DNA of 64,000 bases, taken from positions 6,717,824-6,781,823 of the forward strand of contig MU054391.1 of NCBI GenBank assembly GCA_013239625.1, given 5' to 3'. Shown here one piece after another: positions 51,964 to 64,000 of the stretch; position 1 is the stretch's first letter, and every line of letters begins with the position of its first letter. The translations under genes and the position numbers were made by a program. The notes under the pieces are model-generated. The model worked only from the letters and a program-made list of their open reading frames with translations. It made no database searches and was not told the DNA's origin. The stretch is from Lama guanicoe. Taxonomy: Eukaryota.

Positions 51964-54436
51964 CTACAGATATAAAGATGAGGAAGAATGAAACTATGAA
52001 TGTTTCTAATGGCACTGAGGCCATAATTATCAAACAAAGGCAAACAAAGTGATGAACCTGAAACTTGCAATAACACTATTCACATTAACAACATAACAAA
52101 ATCATAAATTACATTCTTCAGTTTTAATAAAAAAACTCCCCTGTTCTTCAACATTATGTAACTGATCTCATTATTAATATTACTTGAAGAATGGAGGTTT
52201 GAGGTAAAACATTTTTGAAGTTCCGTATTTAAAATACATATTTTACTATCAAAATTAAGGAATTCTGTTCAAAGACACTGATGGGTAGCAGACTGGAAGA
52301 TGATTATCAGTGATTATCTGTGGAATCACCACCCAGATTATATAAGGAATCCCTGCACATCAACAAGAAGCCAATTTTAAAAAAGTCAAAAGACACACAA
52401 CACAGGTAAGTTCACAAAAAAGACCAACAAGTATATGGAGAAAGGTTTAACATCAACTATCAGGATGAATACAAAGTTTAAAAGCTACTAACTTACACCA
52501 ATGAAACTGGTAAGATTTAGAGAGTGAATAAAAGGAAGGGTGAGTGAGGACAGGGGGAGACAGGATCTCTCATGCACTATTAGCAAAAGTTAAATCAACA
52601 TTTTCACTTCTAGGGTTTATATGTAGAGGAAACCCTTGTCAGAATAGGCATGAGAGGAAAAAAAAGAATAGACACGAGACATGTATGAAGATGTTCAGCA
52701 TGGTACTTGCTGGTAACAGAGAGATGAGTGCGACTTAGGGATCCAAGACAAGGAAAAATAGTAAATAAAATTAATAGATACTATAGAACACTAAACAGCA
52801 GTAAGCTACTTTTACATATATCAGGAAGAGCTATAAAACAGCGTTGAGTCAAAAAGGTAAACAAAGTGACAACCATCCACTATACTATTTATACATATGT
52901 AAACTATACTAACAGTCTGCAAGAGCTTACAGTAACCACATTACAGTAGCTGTGTATTAGGGACAGAGATTAAGACAGAAACTGAAAGGGAGAAAATGTA
53001 ATTTTGAAAAAATTGGGGCCTTTGTGTAAACTACTAATGACAATAAGCTATGAGCCAAAGAGCATAATTAACTCAACCATGTGTACTTGAATTAAAAATA
53101 GTAAACAAAATTATATATGCTATATTTTATTTATTATTAAGAGACAATTTCAGATATTTAAATAGCTGAATTTAATATTCGCTTATGTGCTTGTAGAACT
53201 ATTCTGTAAATCCCATATTCTAACCTACTCTTCTGCTCTCACACTCTACACCTTTCTTTCCATAAATCACTTTTACTCACCTTATAAACAAGTGGTATGA
53301 TTTCTCTGCACCCTCCTAAAGGTTTTCGATTTGATTAAAATTAGAATACACTCATGGAAGTGAGCATATAAACATCATTGATTATGTACAACAGAGATAA
53401 AAAAGTTTAGCATTGTATTAGAAAATTACCTCATATTTCATATTTTTTTTAATTTCATATTTATTAAAGATAATTTTCACTGTTAATCACTTCATATTAC
53501 GATAAACACCACAAGAGGGAGCTTTGAGTACAGATACTCCAACCACTAAACATTGATTAATGTATGAAGAACAGACATAATAACACCCTGTGAAAAAGGC
53601 CAAAGAACCAAAAGGATGCTAAGTTTTAGCTGGGTAGACGGGACATACAAACCTAGACAGATGAAAGTGGCTTGTGAAGTACAGCACAAATTCTAGATAA
53701 CTAAGGCCATTGCAGACATTATGACAGAAGAGTGATTGGTCAAGTTAGATTATCAGGGAGAACTTTCCATACGAGGTAAAAATCTGAGCTAAGCTTGTAA
53801 GCATACAGATCGCTGATGATGGCAGGACAATCAATGAAAGTGAGTATCATACAGATGGCATAAATTAAGAAGTAAAGAGAAAAGAAAATCAGTTTAATTC
53901 AAAATAAACATCTTAACAAGATAACTAATAAGAATACATAGGAAATAAAACATGAGCCATCTCCATCAGGAATTACTGCCAGGAATTAAGTACACTTACA
54001 GAAGAAAAGACAAGAGATATAAATTTTGTAACAAAATCAACATCATAATTAGCTAAGAGGTTAATGCTACTGAATCTATTAATCATAGCATGAATTGTTC
54101 AACAGGTAAAAACACCACAACAGATAATGCCTTCAAATTTATTCTATATGGCTGATGCAGATGGGGTTGGTAGGAGTTGGGAAATTTATACCTTATCTCT
54201 CTTTTCAAAGGAAAAATACAGAAATGATAATGGTAATGGAAATACCCATGGACCTTAATTTATATTTCGTGTCCTACTTCTTCACCTAGATCATTAAAAT
54301 CATAAACTAGTTTTGACTGGTAGCAAATGCTTGTCAAGATGAGGAAGATAATTATTTAAGTCATCTGAGTTCTTTCTGATTTCTCTTGGATTTAACAAAT
54401 CTACAAATAAAGCAATCTACAGTAGATGAATGATTA

Positions 54437-54991
<555 letters not shown>

Positions 54992-56629
54992 TTATGAAAT
55001 CTTTGATTTTTAGATTTGGACATCGTTAGTGGAAAACCAGTTATCAGGCAAAACTTTTATACGGGTATCTTCTTCATGCTTACTAACAAAATAGACATAA
55101 AATGAGTCATTTCTCCTCTTGGAGAATATAGGAATCTATTTAAGTAGAAATATTTTAAAAGAGAAATTGAATGAGGAACATAAAAGGTACAAGAATGACA
55201 AAAGAGTCCATAATAAAAAAAAAAAAAGCCCAACTTTCTGAAAACATAACAAATTATTGCACACAACTCTCACAGAAGAGAACTGAGGAGGCAACTAAGA
55301 TACCAGCATCAATAGGTACAGGAACAGGGCCTTCTCTCTTCCCTTCCCCACCATCCTGCTTATAATAAGCAGTAAGTAGCAGTGTTACCTGAACCCAGAC
55401 TAAAGCAATGCCATTGGGACCAGAGAAATAAGACAGCAAGCTAGGTTGCTACTAACACCTGAGAGACCAGAGAAACCACAAATTCAGAAGGAAAGGTATC
55501 TGTACATTTCACCCATCAACATGACCCACCCCTCCTAAAAGGAAACAATGCCAACAGAAAAGATTTCCACAAACAAACAAGAAAGAGATAGAAAACCAAG
55601 AATCAACATTTCAGAAAAATCAGTACCATGAAATAGAGGCAAAGCAATTCAAGAAACAGAAAATTAACAGCCAAGGAAATGCTTAAATAGGACAAAGCAA
55701 GAACAGCTTTACATACATGAATCAATACCCTCAAAACAGTAACAAGTCACATCAGTTAAACAACAGGCTGATACAGAAAAAATCTGAAGCTTTGTAATTA
55801 AATATGACTGGTAAGAGACAAACAATCACTGGGCTAGAAAATTGAGCAAACTAACTTTCCTTGAACATATCAGAGGATTCATAGATGAAAAACAGCAAAA
55901 TTAGCAAAGCTCCAACATCTATCGAAAGCAGTCTGGAAAAAAACATAAAGCAGAAGGAAAAAAAATGAAAGAAATAGTAAATTAAAAATTCTAGAAATGA
56001 ATGAAGTAAAAAAAATCTAAGATTGAAAGGATCTCAAATGAAACAGAGGGAAACTAAGACAGTCAGTTCTAAACTCTCAGAAATCCAACAGAAAAATCCT
56101 AAAAGTTTCCAAAGACAAAAGCTATTTTATGTACAAAAACATAAAATAAATCACATTGTCAACAAACTTCTCAACCAACACAACAAAACAGCAGTTATAT
56201 CTTCAAAGTTTTGAGGGAAAATAATTTTGATCCTAGACTATAGCAGTCTAAAAAACTAGTAATATGGCTAAAATAAACAAGTATTACATCATGCAAATTC
56301 TTAGAAATCTTGTAACAAACCACTTCTGTAAGAATTGTTTAAGTATACAGTTAAGACAAAAATAAACAAATCCAAGTAAGAGGATTATGTGAGACATGAA
56401 AAAGAGGCAAAGAATCTAGAAAAACTTATTAAATACAATTACTGACACAAAATTAAATACTTGGAGAGTCAAGCCAAAATCAGAATAATTTTAAAATGGA
56501 AAGTAGTGAGACGCAAAGAAGGGATGAAAATGTAATATAAAGCTGGTTACCAAATTGAGAAAGTGTGTGTGTGTATGTGTGTGTGTGTGTAATGCTACCA
56601 ACAATAAATGATAAAAGGAAAAGTATATA

Positions 56630-58760
56630 TAAATGGAGAGACACCCATGTTCCTAGACAGAAAGACAATTGTTATAAAGACTGCAATTCTCCAATTGATC
56701 AGTAGAATCAATGCAAACTAAATCCCAGCAAGTTTTTCCCAGAAATCAACAAACTAATCCAAAAATTTACATGGAAATGCAAAGAATCCAAAAGAGCCAA
56801 AACAATCTTGAAATGGAACAAAGCAGGATATTTCCCAATTTCAAAACCCACTACAAAACAGCTGTTATCAAGGCAGTATTGGTATACTATAGGGATAGAC
56901 ATACAGATCAATGGAACAGAATTGAAGCCGAGAAATAACCCTTATATTTACAGCCAATAGACTTTTTTCTGAAAACAATGGTGCCAGAGCAATTTACTGG
57001 GAGAAAGAAAAATCTTTTCAACCAATGCTGCTTGAACAACTGAATATTCACAGGCAAAAAAATGAACATTTTTATACCTTTACTTCACAGCATACTCAAA
57101 AATTAAACTGACACAAAAAATTTCATCAGAATAAAAATTTTCTGGCTTTAAAAGAGACTATTAAAAAAATTAAAAGACAAATCACAGATTGGGAAGAAAT
57201 ATTAACAAGCGGTATATGTGACAAAGTATCTAGACTATATAAAGGACCCCTACAACTCAATAAGATGAATAACATTTTTTTAAAGGGCAAAAACCTGAAC
57301 AGACATTTCACCAAACAAGATATATGAGTGGTCAATAAGAACATGAAAAGACCTTCACTATCACTAGACACTAGGAAAATGCAAATTAAAACCACAATGA
57401 GACACTATTTTATACCCACCAGAATGGCTATAATAAAAAGGACAGAAACTATCAAGTGCTGGCAAGAATGTGGAGAAACTAGAACCTCATATACGCTGAT
57501 GAGAATGTAAAATGGCACAGATACTTTGGGAAATATTTGGCAATTTCTTAGAAAGTTAAACATAAATTTAACAAATAACTAAGGATTCCACTCCCAGGTA
57601 TCTACCCAAGAGAAACGAAGTATGCCCACAAAAGACTTGTATGCAAGTGTCATAGCAACATTATTCATTATTTATAGCAGCCCCAGTGTAAACAATTCAA
57701 ATGTCCACCAATTGGTAGGTAAGTGGGCAAACAAAATGAGGTATATCCATATTCTCTGTTTCCACCCCAACTGGGGATACTAGAATATAATTCTAATGTT
57801 AAGCACCTAGAGTTAGCATCAGATCCCCCAAGACTGCCCTCACTTTGGCACTTTGGGAGTCCCCATGCCACCAGCATTTCTGATTAACTAACTACAAATT
57901 TAGGTGTTCCCATGACCCACTTGGTTTCAATAATTCACTAGGATGATCCATAGAACTCAGGAAAGCACTACACATATGATCACAGTTTTATTGTAAAGGA
58001 TACAGACAGGGTGAGGTCTGGGAGGAAAGAGAGCTTCTGCACCTTCTTGTGGAATCAAGGTGCATGACCCTCCCAGTACATCAAGTGTTCACCAACCAAG
58101 AAGCGCCACTCAGTGTCAATCTCCAGTTTTTATTAGGGTCTCATTATATAGGCATGATTAATTAAATCACTGGCCATATGATTAAACTCAATTTCCAGTC
58201 CCCTTCCAGTCCCTGAAGGTTGGAAGCATGAAAGCCCCAATCCTCTAATCATGTGTTCATTCTTTCTGGTGATCAGTCCCCCTCCCACAGTTATCAAAAG
58301 GCTGCCAGGAGTTGCCTTATTAGCGTAACAAAGACAACCTTATCACTCAGGGAATTCTAGAGCTTTTGAAGCTCTGTGCTAAGAACTGGGGACAAAGACC
58401 AAATATATTCCTGTTTAAATCACACCATATAATATGCTATGCTCTTCAGCACTAAAAAGAAATGAAGTACTAAACATGTACAATGTGCATAAAGTTTAAA
58501 AACAATATGCTAAGGGAAGGAGATCAGATCCAAAAGTCAACATACTTATGATTCCATTTACCTGAAATGTCCAGAAAAGGCAAATCAATAGAGACAGAAA
58601 GCACAGTAGTGGTTGCCTGGGCTGGCAGGGGAATGGGAAATGACTGTAAGTGGGTATAAGTGATCATTTCAGGATGATGAAAATGTTTCAAAAATCAGAT
58701 TTTAGTGATGGTTCCACAACTCTGTAAGTTTCTTTTAAAAAATCACTCAATTATACAAAT
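56630..58760 (+). mobile_element. L1M (L1MB-like) ORF2 3' end and 3'UTR, interrupted by an LTR
   Basis: Peptides YKTAVIKAV..Y.DRHTDQWNRIE and MQIKTTMRH..PTRMAII..CW; 3'UTR motif attccatttacctgaaatgtccagaaaaggcaaatc. Confidence 0.85.
57753..58424. mobile_element. Solo ERV LTR (MER21-like) inserted in L1
   Basis: gagttagcatcagatccc...aagactgccc, ending ggggacaaagaccaaatatattc...CA; ccatat duplicated at 57747-57752 and 58425-58430. Confidence 0.7.
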
Positions 58761-61700
58761 TGATGGCAAATAATTTAATAATGCAGCTTTATTTATAACA
58801 GACAAAAATTGAAAACAAACCAAATGTCCATGAACAGATGAACAGATAAATTGTCATATATCCATACAATGGAATACTACTCAGCAATAAGAAGGAATGC
58901 ATCATGGATAAATCTCAAAACAATTTTGTAGAAGGAAGCCAGATAGGATGGGATTAAAGTTAGACAGAACAGTATAGAAAAAAATTGGTCAGTGAACTTA
59001 AAGACATAGCATAAAAACTATACAAAATGAGGCACACCTGAAAAACAAAAGCAAAAACAGACTGGGGGAAAAAACAAATAGAATACCAGTTACCTCTGGG
59101 ACAACATCAAGTAGATTACACATGTGTAACTTGAGTCTGAGAAAGCGGTTAGGGGGTAAAGGGATAGTAAGTGAGACAGAAAAAATATTTGCGAAAATAA
59201 TGGCCAAAATTTTCCCAAACTTGATAAAATCTGTAAGCCCACAGCTGTAAGTAGCTCAGTCACTATTAAGCAAGTTAAACAGAGCAGAGCTAATTAAAAC
59301 ACTGTGGTTCTAGTGGCAATGGGAGACAAAACAACTAAACAGAATAGAAAACCTCCAAACAGACCCATGCACACATGGAAAACGGTATTTCAACAAAAAG
59401 AAGCAATGTATACCAGTGGGGAAAGGAAAGTTTTTTTCAATATGTAATGTTGGAACATCTGGATATTCACATGGAAACAAAACAAAATCCTTAAGTAAGA
59501 CTCCATTTTTAAAAAGTCAATTCTGTGTTCATCATAGGCAAAAAATAAAAAGTCAAAAAGATAACAATGGAATATCTTCATCTAGATCAAGTTAGGAAAA
59601 AATTTCTTAGATGAACACAAAAAGGCATTAATCATAAAAGTTTGATAAAAATGTACTACATTTAGAATTACGAATTTCTATTCATCAAAACACATTATTA
59701 AAGGAGTCAAGAGGCAAGTCTCACCCAGAGTATTGGAGTTTAAAAGAGTAAAGAAGAATATTCATGCCTGAGAACGGCTGTCATGGAGTTCAAGGCCCAG
59801 GAAAGGTGATAAGGACATCCAGGCAGAGGGGAAGTCTGGCATGGGATATCAGAGCCCAAAAGGGACAAGGAGGGGAGAGACATCCAAGGATGGAGAATCA
59901 GAGCCCAAGCACAGAAAGGAGGGTGGGTCATAGAGGGAGGAGACAGGGGCAGCAAAGATAAAGATTGGTTATGCAAGCTGCACCCAAGTGGGCTGATCAA
60001 TTATTTAAATATATTAAAGATACTAGAAGTCTAGTTTTCCACAGTTGGGAGGAAAAAGTGACAAATACAGACAGAAATAAAACTAGAATGAACCCTATGG
60101 AATTAGACTGTGAAGTATCAGTGCAAACTTGTGGTTTTCAATGTGTATTAGACATAGGAAAAAATACAGCTATGAATGTGTGTGTGTGTGTCTACAGAGG
60201 CTCAATCCACTGAGAAAACCTGGGAGCAATGACATCCCAACAGCCATGAACACCCTTAACAACAAGCTCTTGGCTGCTAAATATTGTGTTCAACCAAAAG
60301 GAACCAGTGCCCCTTACAGATAGGCTGGATTCCATGGAGAGGGCAAAGTAAAAAGTAAACTCAGAACATGCTGGTGTGCTAGAATGCTCAAAGCATAATC
60401 ACAGCAAGCCAAAAGGATAAAGAAGCAAATCTGAACAAGCTCTCAATGGCTAAATCAGAGCATTTTGAGTATCCAAATAAATAATGATAATAATAGATTA
60501 TATTGTTTGAATAAAACAGGAAATCATTAGTTTATACAGATAAACGTAACTATAACATCTGATGAAGAGTGGGATATTTACATAGTTTCAAAGTTACCTC
60601 CTCACAAAATCACAGCAGGGTAGAAGAAGAATTTCCCACCTTTAACATGTGATCAATGTGAATATGATCTGTAATGAGACCCATTATAGTTAACTGAGCT
60701 ACCTGAGAGAATTCAGTGAAAATCCAGCATCACTTTTCTGTGTTACTAATAAAGATATATAAATTGAATCTAATCATAAGGAAACATGACAATCTCAACT
60801 GGGGGATATTCTACAAAATAACTGGCCTATAAGCTTCAAAAGTGTCATGGTCATGAAAGTAAAGGGAAGATTGAGAAAATGCCCAAAATGGAAAGAAAAT
60901 AGATATAACAAATGCAATATGACTTGAAACTGGATCCTCCTGATATAAAAGACATTACTGGGATAGCCAATGAAGCCTGGATGGGACATGAGGATTAATC
61001 AGCAATGTATCAGTGTTTACTTCCTCATTTTGAAGAATGTTGTGGCTATGAAGGAGAATGCTTATAGGAAATACACACTTAATATTGGGAGGGTTATAAG
61101 GCATCAGTTCAACAACTCACTCTCAAATGGTTCAGAGACAGTCCTTTGTACTTTATCTCCAAATTTCCTGTAAGTTTGTGATTGTTTCAAATGTGAAAAC
61201 AAAAAGGGGAAAGCCACAGTTTAGAAGATATTTATAACACATATAGCCAGTCAAGGTTCATATTCAAAATAAAAACAATTCCTACAAATCATTTTTTTCA
61301 ACTGACAACCTAATGGGAAAATGAACAAGAGACTTAAACAGGCATTTCACAAAAGAGGATATTCAAATATGAAAAGTTATTAAATCTCATTAGAGAAAGG
61401 TAAATTTAAACCACTGTGCAGCACTACTTCGCATATGCAAAAATTACCAAAAATTTAAAAACTGACAATATCAAGGGTTGGTAAGGCTGTGAGACAAATG
61501 GAACTTATAAACTAAACTTCTATTACCACATGGGAAAACAGGGGGAAAACCACCTCCTAATACTGATTACAAGTATCCAAAAATGCCACTTCTAGAAATA
61601 CACCCAACAGAAATAAGTACAAGAATATTTACGACATTAGTTATAACAAACAAAAATTTGAAAACATAAATTGTGGTATGTAGATACAATAGAACAAAAA

Positions 61701-62100
61701 ACAGCAATAAAATTAATAAACTGTAGCAATCTGAATCATGCCAACATAAGGTTGAACAAAAAAGCTAGATGCAAAAGAAGAGATATTCAATTATTTCACT
61801 TATATAAAGTTCAACAAACAGGAAAACTATTGTTTCTGAGTGCTTGTTTAGGTGGTAAACAAGAAAGAAGAGCAAGGAAATAATTACTAATAAAATCAAA
61901 AGAATGGTTACTCTGGGGGAACACATGGAGGTAGTGATTGGGAAAGGGCACAAGGAGACTGACAGAGTACATACTAGCAGTGTTTGTTTTTGGAACTGAG
62001 TTGTGAATACACAGGTGTTTGCTTTGCAATAAATCATTCTGCAGCTTGTTTATATACTTTTCTGTGTAGGTCACAAATAAAACCATTTAAGAACATTAAA
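58760..62100 (+). mobile_element. Mosaic of old L1M fragments
   Basis: A-rich strand with repeated L1 motifs (atccatacaatggaatactactcagcaataa, catttcacaaaagaggatat); internal boundaries unresolved. Confidence 0.6.
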
Positions 62101-62679
62101 GCAAAACTCAAAGGAAAATTTATAAATTCAAAGGCATTTACGGGTATCTCTCCTTATCCTCTCATTATCCAATATTCAAACAGAGATATCTGTATTGGAA
62201 AATAAGGACTGACAATAAAAGACAGATAAAGAAACTGGAAAAGAACAAAATAAACCCAAAGGAAACAGGAGTTGTGAATTTTTTATAACACAAAACAAAA
62301 AGAAAGTTAAAAAAAGGTATATTTTGTAAATAAAACAAAAGACATGTTAAGACCAAAAAGTTTACAAATACTCTAACAGAAAAGTGAAAGAGAAGACAGA
62401 TACAGTCACAGAAAGTATAACTGACTCAAGAAATAAATAAAAACTTGAATCAGTCAACAATCACATGAAAAATTAAAAGATTGGTAGACGATCTAGTTGG
62501 GAAGGAAGGAAGGAGAGATTTAAGCACAAGAAGGGCACATTAATTTTAGGATAGCAGTTCTCTCTCAGAAGGAAGAGAAGGAGATAGAAAAGATTGGATA
62601 GGAGAACAAAAATGTTTTAGTACTTCAAAATTAAAACACTAAAATTAAGTGTGGTAAAATATTAAAATTTACTAAATGT

Positions 62680-63950
62680 GTGTAAGACTGAAACCAAAGA
62701 AAGTTTCCAGATGGCTTATTTGTTAGGCAAGCAAGAAAAGCCATTTACCAATGGTGAGTAATTAAATTGTTTGGTTTGCATCAGCTGAAAAAGTATGTCT
62801 ACAGAAAATTTGGAAGCAATATTTTTAACAGTCAATTTTAAAGCAAGGCAAATGATTTCAAGTGGTTTTCCTTGACTCTTCAGACAGCAGATGTTATTAA
62901 TATTATGCAGTAGTTAGGTTGTGGGAGGAGTCAGTGCCAAATTTGATGATGAATAAAGAATTAGCCTCTACAAACAGTCCACATAGATCAACTACAGACA
63001 AAAATATTTCAAAAGAAGTTAAGCAAACATTAATTCAGTACAATCTGAAGTACAATCTGCTGAAGTGTGTTTACAGCAGATTGTAGTAAAAATATATGTG
63101 GAACAGAAAAAGGTTTAGTTGGACAAATTTCCAAAGCTTGTGAAAATGTATGATGTTTAAAGTCTATGGTTAGTCTCTGAATATTGATCAATAGGTACAC
63201 TATGGAAAATATACCTGAAGTTAATGTGTTAATGAATAGTACTGATGGTGTTATCTGCTCTTGTGGACTTCACCATCACCATCAGTTCTGTGAACTTCTG
63301 TCAGAAAAAGAAGTGGAATATCTTGACTAACTCTACTACATAGTAGTTCAATAGCTTAGCAGTGGTAAAGTTTTACTGCAACTACTTGAGTTCAGAGCTG
63401 AGACTGAAATTTGTCTGATCAAGAAGAACCACCCTCAACCACTATGACAGAACACTGAATAGCTCTGGAAATTAGCTTTAGCTGCAGACATCATAATGTT
63501 TCTTAAACAACCTAAAATGACAAGGCAAAATAGCATTAAATGCAAAACTTACTCTATGACACAATCATCTTTATGATGACTAACATCAAGCTACTTTATA
63601 CACTTTTGTTCCCACACTATCAAAACCAAACTAAGTGAGATCTCCATTCCTACACAGATTTGCAGTGCATATACTTTCTGATCTCAAACCACAGTCCCAC
63701 AGTTCCAGCAGCATTTTTTGGACATAAATGTAAGCGCAAAGGAAATATCCATAAAAAAATCAATTTAAACTTTGCAACTGAGAAGCTTCTACCTAACCTT
63801 CAATTGGAACTGAATAACCAGCAATGTAATGACAGTGCTAAAAAGGCAAATATCAAGAGAAGAATTTACCAGAATTCTTCAAACACCTTCCAACTGATAA
63901 ATATGCTCAATCAAAATTACACACTCAAGGTCAACATCAATAGTCCCAAA
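62680..63950 (+). mobile_element. Decayed hAT-Charlie transposase coding relic
   Basis: Collinear disrupted motifs KPFTNGE, WFSL, TDG, (RW)LSSGKVL, LWKLA.AADI and LQLEL, as in GTF2IRD2/EPM2AIP1-type transposases. Confidence 0.65.
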
Positions 63951-64000
63951 TGATACATTAGTATATACCCTTGATATGATGTGATGAAAATGGCACTTTA

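Overview
Mammalian genomic DNA, AT-rich and CpG-poor. It is probably camelid, inferred from a vic-1-like tRNA-Ala SINE. There is no prokaryotic content. The minus strand carries ROCK2 (Rho-associated coiled-coil kinase 2) from coding exon 5 to the last exon 33 (human numbering). I located 29 GT-AG-bounded exons, including a 12-nt microexon, that splice into one 3708-nt frame (1235 aa plus stop), followed by a ~3.4 kb 3'UTR. The plus strand carries the last two coding exons and 3'UTR of SLC66A3 (PQLC3), tail-to-tail with ROCK2. Introns contain L1, L2, MIR, LTR and DNA-transposon relics. The most interesting signals are missed or only partly shown by the ORF track: (1) a candidate in-frame exon in the last ROCK2 intron (8651-8738) that would give an acidic Trp/Phe-rich tail, RLLDLAFKDWDWSFDDIDGGDDDGDVFDF*, followed by RBFOX motifs; (2) the 171-nt ROCK2m exon 27' with a downstream QKI/RBFOX motif cluster; (3) further candidate C-terminal cassette exons; (4) retroposition signatures, including a probable L1 3' transduction and a 32-nt orphan insert with a long poly(A). 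Gene, repeat-family and motif assignments come from recalled sequences, not database searches.
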